A DNA stretch of 64,000 bases. It comes from an uncultured bacterium (lineage in GTDB: Bacteria; UBP7; UBA6624). Of the stretch, positions 1 through 9,721 are shown one piece after another. The notes beneath the pieces were generated by a model. That model saw only the letters and a list, made by a program, of their open reading frames with translations. It was not told where the DNA came from and ran no database searches. The position numbers were made by a program, and so were the translations under genes. Each line of letters starts with the position of its first letter. Within the stretch, counting starts at the first letter, position 1. The DNA is taken from NCBI GenBank assembly GCA_964012435.1, contig CAXGSM010000001.1:32001-96000 (forward strand), read 5' to 3'.

Positions 1-15
1 TTTAACATACCTGAT

Positions 16-786
16 ATGAATAAAAATATATTGTTAGGTTCTTTTTCTCAAGCTAATTTCGGAGATGATTGGATCCTTGGTGATGCTATGAAAAAATGGG
101 AAACTAATCGAGTTTGCGCCAAAGGTTCAGTCCCGAAAAAATGTAATTTTTCTTTTTCTTTTTTTAAAAATGTCATTCTGCCAGGAGGTGGTGTTTTTCA
201 GGATAGAACTTCAAATGCATCTTTTTATTGGTATTTTTTTATGGTTTTGATGTCAAGAAAAGCACAGGCTTTTGACATGGATTTAACTGAATTAAAAAGC
301 CCTTTTAAAAGATTTTTATTAAATTTTTTGATTAATTTAAAATTTGAACTTTTTGAATTAAGGCCAGGAACAGTTTTTTTTAACCTTAAGGAAGGCTCGG
401 ATTCAGTTCAACATAATTTTGATGAATTTGTTAGAGAAGGTGTGGCATGGTGTCCTTATCCAACAGATAAATTCATTCCTGCTTTAGTAGATTCTGTGTT
501 TATTTCGGATAAAAGAGATTATGTTTGTGATTTTCGTAATTTCAATTATTTGCATCACCAAACAGAAGATATCAAAAAAAGTTTTATGTTTTTGTCAAGC
601 AAGGATTCCATAATTAGTTCCAGATATCATCCTCTTTTGCTTGCATGGATGAATGGCCAAAAAGGTCTTGGTATCGGGCCTCAAAATGGAAAGATTCATC
701 ATTTATGCAAAAGAGCTGGTTTTCCTTATTCCTGCAGTAATGAGAACTTACCAAAACCTCAAATTGCTAATTCAAAATGGATTTAA
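16..786 (+). CDS. Polysaccharide pyruvyl transferase family protein (CsaB-like, divergent)
   Basis: GSFSQANFGDDWIL, PGGGVFQDRTS and SSRYHPLLLA match the CsaB pattern (G.yg..N.GD, GGG.lQD.TS, MRLH); next to a WecB/TagA gene. Confidence 0.75.
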   Translation: MNKNILLGSFSQANFGDDWILGDAMKKWETNRVCAKGSVPKKCNFSFSFFKNVILPGGGVFQDRTSNASFYWYFFMVLMSRKAQAFDMDLTELKSPFKRFLLNFLINLKFELFELRPGTVFFNLKEGSDSVQHNFDEFVREGVAWCPYPTDKFIPALVDSVFISDKRDYVCDFRNFNYLHHQTEDIKKSFMFLSSKDSIISSRYHPLLLAWMNGQKGLGIGPQNGKIHHLCKRAGFPYSCSNENLPKPQIANSKWI

Positions 787-1487
787 AAAGAGTTTTTTTC
801 CTAGATAGAGAAATTGTTATCTCTAACAAAGAGCAAATAATAAAGTTTATTTTGTCTTCATCGAAGCAAGATAAAACGTTGAAAATTTTTACCTTGAACC
901 CAGAAACGTGGCTGAAAACAAGAGATTTAGACTTTGATGATGATGTTTTGTGGATACCTGAAAGCATAAGTGTTTATTACGCAATGGTTTTCTTAGGCCT
1001 TAAGGGTTGTAGGTTACCTGGTATAGATCTTGTATCCAGCCTGCTGAAGGAAAATTTTTTGAATGTTATTTCCTGGGGGGGGAGTGATGAAGATTGCAAA
1101 ATCTTGAAAAATAACTGGGATCATTTAAGCTTCAAGTCAAAAATCATCGAAGCCTTTGATGGTTTCTCTGAAAATCAAAAAGAATTAATTAAGTTGATAG
1201 CTGAAACTAAAAAAGTAATTGTTTTAGTCGGGAAGGGTGCAGGCTTACAAGAGCGTAACATTATTCAAATTGCAATTAAAAAGAACCCCTGTGTTTACTT
1301 TGGTGTTGGTGGCACTTTAGACGTTTTTTCGATGAAAAAAACAAGAGCGCCTTCGGTAATGGTCAAATTTGGATTCGAATTCTTGTGGAGAATACTTTTT
1401 GAACCAAGAAGATTAATTAGAATGATAAATTGTTATCCTGTATTTTTTATTGAGGTTTTGAGGAGTAAGTTTTGTATAAAGAAATAA
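777..1487 (+). CDS. WecB/TagA/CpsF family glycosyltransferase
   Basis: TLNPE, RLPGIDL, GVGGTLDVFS, RAP...GFEFLWR..EPRR. Confidence 0.85.
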   Translation: MDLKRVFFLDREIVISNKEQIIKFILSSSKQDKTLKIFTLNPETWLKTRDLDFDDDVLWIPESISVYYAMVFLGLKGCRLPGIDLVSSLLKENFLNVISWGGSDEDCKILKNNWDHLSFKSKIIEAFDGFSENQKELIKLIAETKKVIVLVGKGAGLQERNIIQIAIKKNPCVYFGVGGTLDVFSMKKTRAPSVMVKFGFEFLWRILFEPRRLIRMINCYPVFFIEVLRSKFCIKK

Positions 1488-2146
1488 ATAAGTCTTTGCA
1501 TCTTTTTAGTTGTAATTTCTTTTTTATTTTCTTCATTGCACTTTTTTCTTTTTCAGCGTATTTTCAAAAAAATGTGTTTTTAAGTGTTTATTTCAATACA
1601 GAAGAAGAGCTTCAGGATGTTTTGATATACATTGAAGATTCAAAAGATTTTTTTCCAAGTTTTGAAATTTTTACACCTGAAATGAATCTTGATTTTTTGT
1701 CTTCTAGATTTAATGTTGACCTTGACAGCGTTCCTTCCGATCAGATTTTTTGGTCAGTAAATATTTATCCCGAAAAGGGGCAGGATGTTTCTGACTTTAA
1801 AGAAAAGGTAGAGATTTTAATGCCCTCTGATAATTTAGTTGGATTGGATAATATTGATTTTTATAATCAGATTGCTGTTAATTTTAAAAATTTATCTTTT
1901 CTATTTGGTTCTTTATGGCTGCTTTTTTTGTTATTTTTCTTGAATCAAAAAATAAAAAATTTAATTTTTGTTTTTACCTCTAGCGCTTTTTTAACTGTTG
2001 TTTTTAGTGCCTTTTCTATGAGGTTTTTGTATTTTGTTTCATCATCAGATGTTCGTTCTATTTTGCAAAATTTGTGGCTGTATGTTTTTGTTATGAATAT
2101 TTTCTTGTTTTTTGTTTATAAAAAAAGGTATTTTCAAAAAACATGA
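1472..2146 (+). CDS. Membrane protein, probably a shortened FtsX-like permease
   Basis: One N-terminal TM, a ~100-aa soluble loop beginning SVYFN, three C-terminal TMs; directly upstream of coiled-coil M23 and CtpA genes (usual ftsX context). Confidence 0.45.
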   Translation: MYKEINKSLHLFSCNFFFIFFIALFSFSAYFQKNVFLSVYFNTEEELQDVLIYIEDSKDFFPSFEIFTPEMNLDFLSSRFNVDLDSVPSDQIFWSVNIYPEKGQDVSDFKEKVEILMPSDNLVGLDNIDFYNQIAVNFKNLSFLFGSLWLLFLLFFLNQKIKNLIFVFTSSAFLTVVFSAFSMRFLYFVSSSDVRSILQNLWLYVFVMNIFLFFVYKKRYFQKT

Positions 2147-3207
2147 ATATCCTCTGTGTCTTTTTTATGTTTTTTTTAGAGAAGATACCTCAAGATTTGC
2201 AAGAAATATGGTCTGAGATCGATTCTGTTAATATAAATTTAGATTTACATAAGGATAAGGTTGAACAAAACAAAATATCTATTCGAGAAGCCGAAGAAGA
2301 GGCGAATTCTATTGAAAGCAACATTGAAGCTTTGACAAACAAGAAGAATCAATTTTTTGTTTTAAAAATCCAACTAGAAGAAGAGATTAAACAGCATTAT
2401 TCAAGACTTTCCTCTGTTCTTAATGCCTCCTTGAAGGACAAGCAAATAATTCCTTCGTGGTTTATGGTTTTTGGTTACGAAAAGAATTTGGATGCTTACC
2501 AAGAAAAAGTTAAAAACATGACAGGGGCTATATTCTCAATGGAATCTTCTCTTTCAAAAGTTTCTGTCGACATTGGAATGGTCGAAGATTTTTTAAGTGA
2601 TTCTGAATTCAAAAAGGATGGTGTCTATAAGTCCATTAGCAAAAAAGAATCTGAACTTTCTGCAAGCTTGGATGCTTTAGAGCAATTTAACAGCACTTAT
2701 AAGCAGGAAATCACAAACCTCTGGCATAAACGAAACCAGCTTGAGCTAGAGGTTGATGCGGAGACAATACTTACCTATAGGGGTGCAAGATGGGAGTTAC
2801 CTTTGTACAAGCCTTGTGAAGGCCGTTTGTCAAGCCCTTTTGACCCCAAGAGGCTTCATCCGGTTTTAGGTTATGTTAGACCCCATAATGGGCAAGATAT
2901 TGCAGCTCCAAAAGGTACGCCCGTTTATGCTGCTGAGACAGGAAGAGTTATTTTCGTAGGTGAAAGAGGTGGTAATTGGGCTGGTTTAGGTAAATTTGTA
3001 ATCATTCAGCATGCTGAAGGCTGGACAACAAGGTATGCTCATTTAAGTAAAATACTGATAGACAATGAAAAAGCAGTTAAGAGAGGTGACCTTATAGGCT
3101 TGGTTGGCAGTACTGGATTATCAACAGGACCTCATCTTCATTTTGAAACAAGAAAAAATGATATCCCTTACGACCCTCAGCCTTATTTAAAATCTGATGA
3201 AAAATAA
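2143..3207 (+). CDS. Coiled-coil M23 family murein endopeptidase/activator
   Basis: Long N-terminal coiled coil; C-terminal HNGQD (HxxxD), YAHL and STGPHLHFE motifs. Confidence 0.9.
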   Translation: MNILCVFFMFFLEKIPQDLQEIWSEIDSVNINLDLHKDKVEQNKISIREAEEEANSIESNIEALTNKKNQFFVLKIQLEEEIKQHYSRLSSVLNASLKDKQIIPSWFMVFGYEKNLDAYQEKVKNMTGAIFSMESSLSKVSVDIGMVEDFLSDSEFKKDGVYKSISKKESELSASLDALEQFNSTYKQEITNLWHKRNQLELEVDAETILTYRGARWELPLYKPCEGRLSSPFDPKRLHPVLGYVRPHNGQDIAAPKGTPVYAAETGRVIFVGERGGNWAGLGKFVIIQHAEGWTTRYAHLSKILIDNEKAVKRGDLIGLVGSTGLSTGPHLHFETRKNDIPYDPQPYLKSDEK

Positions 3208-4462
3208 TTTAAAAAAAACACTAACAATAATCCAGTTTTTCTTAGCGGTTTTTTTGGTTTTTATTGTTTTGGAAACCTATGACGAGTCAAGCGTCAATGA
3301 ATCGCCAGCAACAAAAGATGTTAACGCTTCTGCTAGCTCTTTTGAGGGTGTGTCGTATATGGAAGAAGCTTGGAAAGTTGTCGAAGACAGGTATTTTGAA
3401 GACCTGAATGAAGAAAAGAAAAGAGAGATTACTGAAAATGCTATATCTGGAATGATGTCTTCTTTTGATAGATATAGTCGTTTTGTTCCACCAACTGAAT
3501 CAAAAATACAATGGGAAAATACAGAGGGTGAATTTGGTGGAATAGGTGTAACTATTGCCCCTTATGGTAAATTTTTGCAAGTCGTATCAGTTGTGAAAGG
3601 CGGACCTGCTTATAAGTCGGAAATAAAAAATGGAGACATTATTATTTCTGCAGATGGAAATTCTTTCGAAAATTCAAGTTATGAAGAATCTGTTTCCTAT
3701 GTAAGGGGACCAATAGGCAAGGCTGTTCAATTAGAGGTGATAGATTCAACAACAGCAGAGACGCTAAATGTTTCAGTTGTTCGTGAAATTGTTGTTGTCC
3801 CATCCATTGGAAAAGTTGAGCAATTAAATGACAAAACTTATTTCATTGAATTGCTCCAGTTTAACAAGAATACACCTTCGTTGCTTAAACAAGAATTAAT
3901 ATCCGCAATTGACAAAGGCGCTGAAAGTCTTATTTTGGATTTAAGAGGAAATCCTGGAGGCGAATTGTATTCTTGCTTGGAGATAGTAGATTTATTTTTA
4001 GATGAAGGTTTGATAGTTAGTATCAAGTTCAAAAATGATGAAAAAAGTTTTTCTGCAAAGCCTGGAGACATTGGCGAGGATTTAAGCTTGGTAGTTCTTG
4101 TTGACGGATATAGCGCTTCAGCAAGTGAGATATTTGCTGGAGCTATTCAAGATCATGAAAGAGGTTTGATTGTAGGGAATAGAACTTTTGGTAAGGGTTT
4201 AGTTCAGCATGGTGAAAATCTCGACAGTGGTGGCTCAGTCATTATTACAACAGCAGTTTATTTGACCCCAAATGGTAATCAGGTGAATGGAAATGGAATA
4301 AATCCTGATTTTGAAATCTCTAGTTCCGAGGATGAAAAAGTGATTCAAATTCTTGCAGAAATAGAAAGCCTTCAAGGGCAAATATCTGCTTTGAGGACAG
4401 ATATTCGCGATAGGATAGGTGACTTGATGCTAGAAAAGGCTATTGAGGAAGTTAAAAAATGA
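3197..4462 (+). CDS. ctpA: Carboxyl-terminal processing protease, S41A, with PDZ domain
   Basis: FGGIG (PDZ), DLRGNPGG, SASASEIFAGA, TFGKG.VQ. Confidence 0.92.
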   Translation: MKNNLKKTLTIIQFFLAVFLVFIVLETYDESSVNESPATKDVNASASSFEGVSYMEEAWKVVEDRYFEDLNEEKKREITENAISGMMSSFDRYSRFVPPTESKIQWENTEGEFGGIGVTIAPYGKFLQVVSVVKGGPAYKSEIKNGDIIISADGNSFENSSYEESVSYVRGPIGKAVQLEVIDSTTAETLNVSVVREIVVVPSIGKVEQLNDKTYFIELLQFNKNTPSLLKQELISAIDKGAESLILDLRGNPGGELYSCLEIVDLFLDEGLIVSIKFKNDEKSFSAKPGDIGEDLSLVVLVDGYSASASEIFAGAIQDHERGLIVGNRTFGKGLVQHGENLDSGGSVIITTAVYLTPNGNQVNGNGINPDFEISSSEDEKVIQILAEIESLQGQISALRTDIRDRIGDLMLEKAIEEVKK

Positions 4463-4824
4463 GATATTCAATAAAGGAAGGGATGCTGTCTTGGCTTTTG
4501 CATAGGTTAACAGGAATTGGAATTTTTATTTTTTTAATTATTCACGTTATGGGAGCAATTTATTTAAAAATTGGTCCAGAGGAATGGAATCATCATGTTG
4601 AATTATTCAATACTCCCTTTTTTAGAGTTGCTGAGGTTGGCTTGATGGGAGCTATTCTTTGGCATGGCTTGAATGGATTAAGAATTATTATTATTGATTT
4701 TTCAGGCATAAGAACAAGCCATTTTGCTAAATTTTTATTTTGGATAATTGTTTTTTTAACGGTTTTGCTTATGCTTCCTGGAACCTATATATTATTAAAA
4801 CCTTTGTTTGAGGGTGCTGCCTAA
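4459..4824 (+). CDS. sdhC: Succinate dehydrogenase cytochrome b556 subunit
   Basis: WLLHRLTG and HGLNGLRII; first gene of the sdhCDAB block. Confidence 0.92.
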   Translation: MRYSIKEGMLSWLLHRLTGIGIFIFLIIHVMGAIYLKIGPEEWNHHVELFNTPFFRVAEVGLMGAILWHGLNGLRIIIIDFSGIRTSHFAKFLFWIIVFLTVLLMLPGTYILLKPLFEGAA

Positions 4825-5246
4825 TGAGCTACAAAAAAGTGCCAGGAACTTTTGCATGGTGGTTTCAGAGAATATCTGGATCTTTTTTGATAATACTTAT
4901 TTTTATTCATTTTATAGATGTTCATTTTATTTTTGGTGTTGAAAATTTAGAGTATGAAACAGTTGCCGAAAAATGGAATAAACCCTTTTGGAGAATAATG
5001 GATGCATTGATGCTTATTTTAGGCATGATTCATGGCGCAAATGGGATTGAATCAATCCTTTTAGATTATAAAAAAATTAGAAAGTATAAAACTTATTGGA
5101 TTTTTTTTGTAAGGGCTATATCGGCTGTAACTATTATCGTTGGTTCATGGATTATCATTACCTTTTCTCCAGAAGAAAAAAGTATGGCTGAATATGGAAG
5201 CCCTGCAGCTGAAATGCAAGATGAAGCAAGTGAGAGTTATGAATAA
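4824..5246 (+). CDS. sdhD: Succinate dehydrogenase membrane anchor subunit
   Basis: WWFQRISG, HGANG..ILLDY; three TMs. Confidence 0.9.
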   Translation: MSYKKVPGTFAWWFQRISGSFLIILIFIHFIDVHFIFGVENLEYETVAEKWNKPFWRIMDALMLILGMIHGANGIESILLDYKKIRKYKTYWIFFVRAISAVTIIVGSWIIITFSPEEKSMAEYGSPAAEMQDEASESYE

Positions 5247-6969
5247 ACATCAATATGATGTAATTGTGATAGGTGCTGGTGGCGCTGGATTATCCGCTGT
5301 TGCTGCAATACCTAAAGGTCTAAAGGTCGCAGTTCTTTCAAAGCTTTTTCCATTTAGAAGTCATACAGGTGCAGCTCAAGGTGGAATCTCTGCAGCTTTA
5401 GGCAATTTGGAAGAAGATAATCCACTTTGGCATGCTTATGACACTGTGAAAGGAAGCGACTATCTTGGTGACCAAGATGCGATTATACAAATGTGCAATG
5501 ATGCTCCCGATGCTATTTTTGATCTAGAAAGAAAAGGTTTGCCTTTTTCCAGGCTTAAAAATGGAAAAATTTCTCAAAGACCTTTTGGTGGTCATACTAA
5601 GAATTGGGGAGAAGCACCTGTAAGAAGAGCTTGTCATTCTGCTGATAGGACTGGACATATGATTTTGCATACCCTTTACCAGCAAGCCTTAAGAAGGGAG
5701 ACGAATTTTTTTGATGAGTTTCAGGTGGTTGAAATAATAACGAAAGATGATTCATGCTGCGGAGTTGTTGCGGTAAAGCTTTCTACTGGAGAAAGACATG
5801 TGTTTCATAGTAAGTCAGTTATTCTTGCTACAGGCGGTTATGGAAGGTGTTTTAAAGTTACAAGCAATGCACTTTCTCTAACAGGCGACGGCATGGCTAT
5901 ATGCTACCAAAAAGGAATACCTCTCCAGGACATGGAGTTTATTCAATTTCACCCTACGGGATTACACCCTTTAGGGATATTGATAACAGAAGGAGCAAGG
6001 GGAGAAGGCGGGATTCTTGTAAACTCTAGAGGCGAAAGATTCATGGAAAGGTACGCCCCTTCGATTAAGGATTTGGCTCCTAGGGATATTGTAAGTAGGT
6101 CTATTTATGAAGAAATAAAAGCCGGACGAGGTATAGACGCAAAAGATTTTGTTCATTTAGATTTAACCCATTTAGGCAGAAAGCTTTTAGATGAAAAATT
6201 GCCTGATGTTACAGGTTTTGCAAGAACTTATTTAAATATTGAGCCTGCCGATGAACCGATTCCAGTTAAACCTACAACACACTATGCAATGGGTGGAATA
6301 CCGACTGATGTTGATGGAAGGGTAATTATTAATCCAGATGGAAGTGTTATGCACGGTTTATATGCTTCTGGAGAATGTGCCTGTGTTTCTGTTCATGGTG
6401 CAAATAGATTGGGCACAAATTCACTTTTGGATTTAGTTGTATTTGGAAAAAGAGCAGGACAACATGCATCTATTTATTCAGAATCAAGCAAATTTTCTGA
6501 ATTGCCGAGTGATGCTGGTTACGATTCTGAGTCCTTTTTACAGCAGGTAAGATCAAATACTAGAGGTCCTAAAGTTTATGAAATAAGAGAAAAAATGCAG
6601 GAAATTATGATGGATTATTGTTCTGTGTTCAGAAATGAAGAAGGAATGAAAAAATGTGCTTCTTTGCTTTCTGAGCTCAGAGAAGATTTTCAAAAGGTTA
6701 CAATTTCGGATAAATCTAATTTTTATAATTATGAAATGATGGCTGCTTTTGAATTATCCTGTATGCTTGACGTTAGTGAGGCAACATTGCATGGAGCAAT
6801 GCTTAGAAAGGAGAGTAGAGGAGCTCACAGCAGGGAAGATTATCCTGATAGGAATGATCAAGATTGGCTTAAGCATACTTTATGCTATCAAGAAAAAGGA
6901 AATAATCCGATATTTAAATTCAAGAATGTTAATCTTGGTAAATTTGAGGTCAAGGCAAGGGTTTATTGA
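5239..6969 (+). CDS. sdhA: Succinate dehydrogenase flavoprotein subunit
   Basis: GAGGAG, RSHTGAAQGG, QFHPTG, HGANRLG, RKESRGAH; start placed at ATG 5239 overlapping the end of sdhD. Confidence 0.97.
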   Translation: MNKHQYDVIVIGAGGAGLSAVAAIPKGLKVAVLSKLFPFRSHTGAAQGGISAALGNLEEDNPLWHAYDTVKGSDYLGDQDAIIQMCNDAPDAIFDLERKGLPFSRLKNGKISQRPFGGHTKNWGEAPVRRACHSADRTGHMILHTLYQQALRRETNFFDEFQVVEIITKDDSCCGVVAVKLSTGERHVFHSKSVILATGGYGRCFKVTSNALSLTGDGMAICYQKGIPLQDMEFIQFHPTGLHPLGILITEGARGEGGILVNSRGERFMERYAPSIKDLAPRDIVSRSIYEEIKAGRGIDAKDFVHLDLTHLGRKLLDEKLPDVTGFARTYLNIEPADEPIPVKPTTHYAMGGIPTDVDGRVIINPDGSVMHGLYASGECACVSVHGANRLGTNSLLDLVVFGKRAGQHASIYSESSKFSELPSDAGYDSESFLQQVRSNTRGPKVYEIREKMQEIMMDYCSVFRNEEGMKKCASLLSELREDFQKVTISDKSNFYNYEMMAAFELSCMLDVSEATLHGAMLRKESRGAHSREDYPDRNDQDWLKHTLCYQEKGNNPIFKFKNVNLGKFEVKARVY

Positions 6970-6970
6970 G

Positions 6971-7729
6971 ATGTTAAGGGTTTTTAGAATACAGAGATTT
7001 AATCCTGAAAGAGAGCCAAGCCAATGGATAGATGAATACACATTGGAAGTTAGCGAGGATGATAAAATTTTGGATATCCTTTTGAAAATAAGAGATGAAG
7101 TTGATACCACATTGGGTTTTCGAGCCTCTTGCGCTCATGGTGTTTGTGGAAGCGATGGGATGATGATTGATGGTTTAAATCGTTTAGCCTGCCAGACCTT
7201 TGTTGGTGATATCCCCGGTAGAAAGCCTATAAATATAGCACCTTTAAAAGGTGTTCCTGTGGAAAAAGATTTAATTGTGGAGATGGATTCCCTTTTGGAT
7301 AAGGTTAAATCTGTAAATCCTTGGGTTGTTGCCAAAGAGCATGAGCCGGGAGAAAGGGAACTTTTAATGTCTCAAGAAGATTTTGAAAAAATAGAAGACA
7401 TGACTAAATGTATCTGGTGCTCCTGCTGTACTACTTCCTGCCCTTCGTTATGGTCTGATTCTGATTACCTAGGTCCTCAAGCTTTAGTTATGGCTGCTAG
7501 GTTTATTTTAGACACAAGAAATGAAGAAGCTGAGAAGATAATAGAGAAGGTCGGAGGTCTAGATGGTGTTTTTAGATGTCACACAATTGGTAATTGCACA
7601 GATGCATGTCCTAGAGATATTGATGTGACAGGAGCTATAGCTGCTGTTAAGAAGGTTCTTCTTCAAGGAATTGATAATGAGGATAAATTTAGCAATATAG
7701 TTTGGGAGAAAAGTGATGAAAAAGAATAA
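6971..7729 (+). CDS. sdhB: Succinate dehydrogenase iron-sulfur subunit
   Basis: SCAHGVCGSDG, CIWCSCCTTSCP, CHTIGNCTDACP; start placed at ATG 6971 just after the sdhA stop. Confidence 0.96.
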   Translation: MLRVFRIQRFNPEREPSQWIDEYTLEVSEDDKILDILLKIRDEVDTTLGFRASCAHGVCGSDGMMIDGLNRLACQTFVGDIPGRKPINIAPLKGVPVEKDLIVEMDSLLDKVKSVNPWVVAKEHEPGERELLMSQEDFEKIEDMTKCIWCSCCTTSCPSLWSDSDYLGPQALVMAARFILDTRNEEAEKIIEKVGGLDGVFRCHTIGNCTDACPRDIDVTGAIAAVKKVLLQGIDNEDKFSNIVWEKSDEKE

Positions 7730-8831
7730 TAAAGGTAATTTTTTGTTTTTGTTTCTTTGTGTAGTGGGATATCTTATTGTTGCTGCACCAGCTCAAAAAA
7801 GTTATACAAAATCAACAATGATCGAAAAAGACTTGCTTCCTTTGAATTTAGTTTTAGATGTTGATGATCTTGAAAAAACATGGGATTGGAATTTAGAGAT
7901 TAGTTTTGGCCCAGTTGAAGAGCAACAAGACTTAAATGTTGATATGAATTTTTGGGCTAAACTTAGAACAAAAATGTCAAAGGACCAAGATGATTTTCAG
8001 GTTGTAATTCATCTTGAGGATTCTGATTTGAATATGACTTTTGAGGACAATCAAACCACAGAACCTGTAGACGCTCTTGCTTTAGCAAGGATGTTTGGCT
8101 ATCCGATAGATTCAACTTTAAGTATGATTCAGGGGTATCTGGGAACAATGCTTATCGACAACAAGGGTGCTATTCTTACATTTGATATAGCTGAAGATAA
8201 TCAAGAATTTTCACAAGAAGATCTTTATTGGCCAGATTACAGAGAGCAGATAGAGAAAAGCAGGTATGACATGTTGGGATCTGGCGTAGGCAATGTTGTT
8301 CCATGGATTTTTGGTTATATACCTTTAGGTTCGATAGATTCAGGCTACAAGAAAGAATGGAGTAGTAAGAATATTATTGATGTCATGGATTTTTATTACA
8401 ACGAAGATTATGCTTCTGAAAACAAGCCAACAGAGGGTGAATACTCAGAAATGAAAAATTTTCTTGAAGCACTTATGCCTGAAGCCAAAGTTTCACAAGA
8501 GCTTATAGGTGTAAAAAATGGAAATCTTGTTTTTGAGATAAAAGCAGACAGTTATATTTCTTTAGAGGATTCATGCTTAGCCATGGAAACTTTAATGGAA
8601 ATTGAAGAGGGGTTGGCAGCTGAGTTCGGTAATGATTGCTCTCTTTTTGATATGTCAATTTCAATGAGTGGTGAGGGTGAAATGGTTATAGATTCAAAAA
8701 CAGGCATGCTTGTTTCAAGGTCCATGAATCTTGGTTTTTATCTTCAGGGCTATCTTCCTGCTGAAATGTCACCTGCTGGAGTCGAGATGAAACTAGACTT
8801 CCCTCTTGTCATTTCGGAAGAGTTAAATTGA
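7713..8831 (+). CDS. Exported acidic hypothetical protein
   Basis: 372-aa ORF with a signal-peptide-like N-terminus; overlaps sdhB and the downstream ABC ATPase gene. Confidence 0.7.
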   Translation: MMKKNNKGNFLFLFLCVVGYLIVAAPAQKSYTKSTMIEKDLLPLNLVLDVDDLEKTWDWNLEISFGPVEEQQDLNVDMNFWAKLRTKMSKDQDDFQVVIHLEDSDLNMTFEDNQTTEPVDALALARMFGYPIDSTLSMIQGYLGTMLIDNKGAILTFDIAEDNQEFSQEDLYWPDYREQIEKSRYDMLGSGVGNVVPWIFGYIPLGSIDSGYKKEWSSKNIIDVMDFYYNEDYASENKPTEGEYSEMKNFLEALMPEAKVSQELIGVKNGNLVFEIKADSYISLEDSCLAMETLMEIEEGLAAEFGNDCSLFDMSISMSGEGEMVIDSKTGMLVSRSMNLGFYLQGYLPAEMSPAGVEMKLDFPLVISEELN

Positions 8832-9721
8832 CAAATAAGACATATCCTATATCTGTTAAAAATGCCTTAAGGCACTTTGGAAAAATAAAAGCATTAGATG
8901 ATTTCTCATTAACCGTAAAGCAAGGTGAATTTGTTGGCTTGATTGGCCCTAATGGTGCAGGAAAAAGTACATTGATTGGATCCTTGCTTGGTTTGGTTGG
9001 CTTGCAAGGCGGGGAATCAAAGCTGTTTGGTTTTGGTCCTGGAGGTGTTCAGGGCAAGGCCAAAGTAGGGTATCTTCCAGAGTTTTTCTTTTGTCCAGAT
9101 TATTTGACACCTAATTCTTATTTGAAAGAGATAGGGGTCTTGCATGGGATGAACCCAAAACAAACACTCTCTGCCTCAAAAGGTTTGACTTCCTTGCTTG
9201 GTTTAAATTCTCATATGGATAGACTCGCAGGAAAGCTTTCTAAAGGGCTTTTAAGAAGAGTAGGGATTGTAAGAAGTTTGTTCCATAATCCTGATTTAAT
9301 TATTTTTGATGAGCCAGCTTGGGGTCTCGATCCTTTTGGCAGAAAAGCTCTTAATGAAATTTTGCTTGATTTAAAAAAACATAAAAAAACACTTTTATTA
9401 TGCAGTCATAATATGGAAATGGTTGAAACCATTTGTGACAGGTTTGTTTTTATCGAGAACGGAAAACTTAAAGGGGAGGGGAGTAATGAGGATTTGTCTA
9501 TAGAGGATGAGGTCAAGATAGTTTATGAAAATAAAGATGAGGTTATTTCAGGTAGCAAGCAGTTAGATGGTTGCTGGATTGCTCTTGTTGATAAAAAGGA
9601 TAGAGAGTTAGAGATTCAGAATCTAATCAAATCAGGCTCAAAGATAATAGAGGTTTCTGAAAACAAGACTGATTTGATTGACTGGGTTGTTTCTAAGAGT
9701 GATAGAAAAGATGAAGTTTAA
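8828..9721 (+). CDS. ABC exporter ATP-binding protein
   Basis: GPNGAGKST, LSKG, IIFDEP, CSH. Confidence 0.92.
   Translation: MTNKTYPISVKNALRHFGKIKALDDFSLTVKQGEFVGLIGPNGAGKSTLIGSLLGLVGLQGGESKLFGFGPGGVQGKAKVGYLPEFFFCPDYLTPNSYLKEIGVLHGMNPKQTLSASKGLTSLLGLNSHMDRLAGKLSKGLLRRVGIVRSLFHNPDLIIFDEPAWGLDPFGRKALNEILLDLKKHKKTLLLCSHNMEMVETICDRFVFIENGKLKGEGSNEDLSIEDEVKIVYENKDEVISGSKQLDGCWIALVDKKDRELEIQNLIKSGSKIIEVSENKTDLIDWVVSKSDRKDEV

Noticed and set aside
5140..6970. Long N-terminal extensions of sdhA and sdhB in the ORF track (also tricorn 16161, 15926, 31158, 32463, 43874, 57194)
   Set aside because: They are upstream alternative starts overlapping neighbouring genes; homology begins at the later ATG
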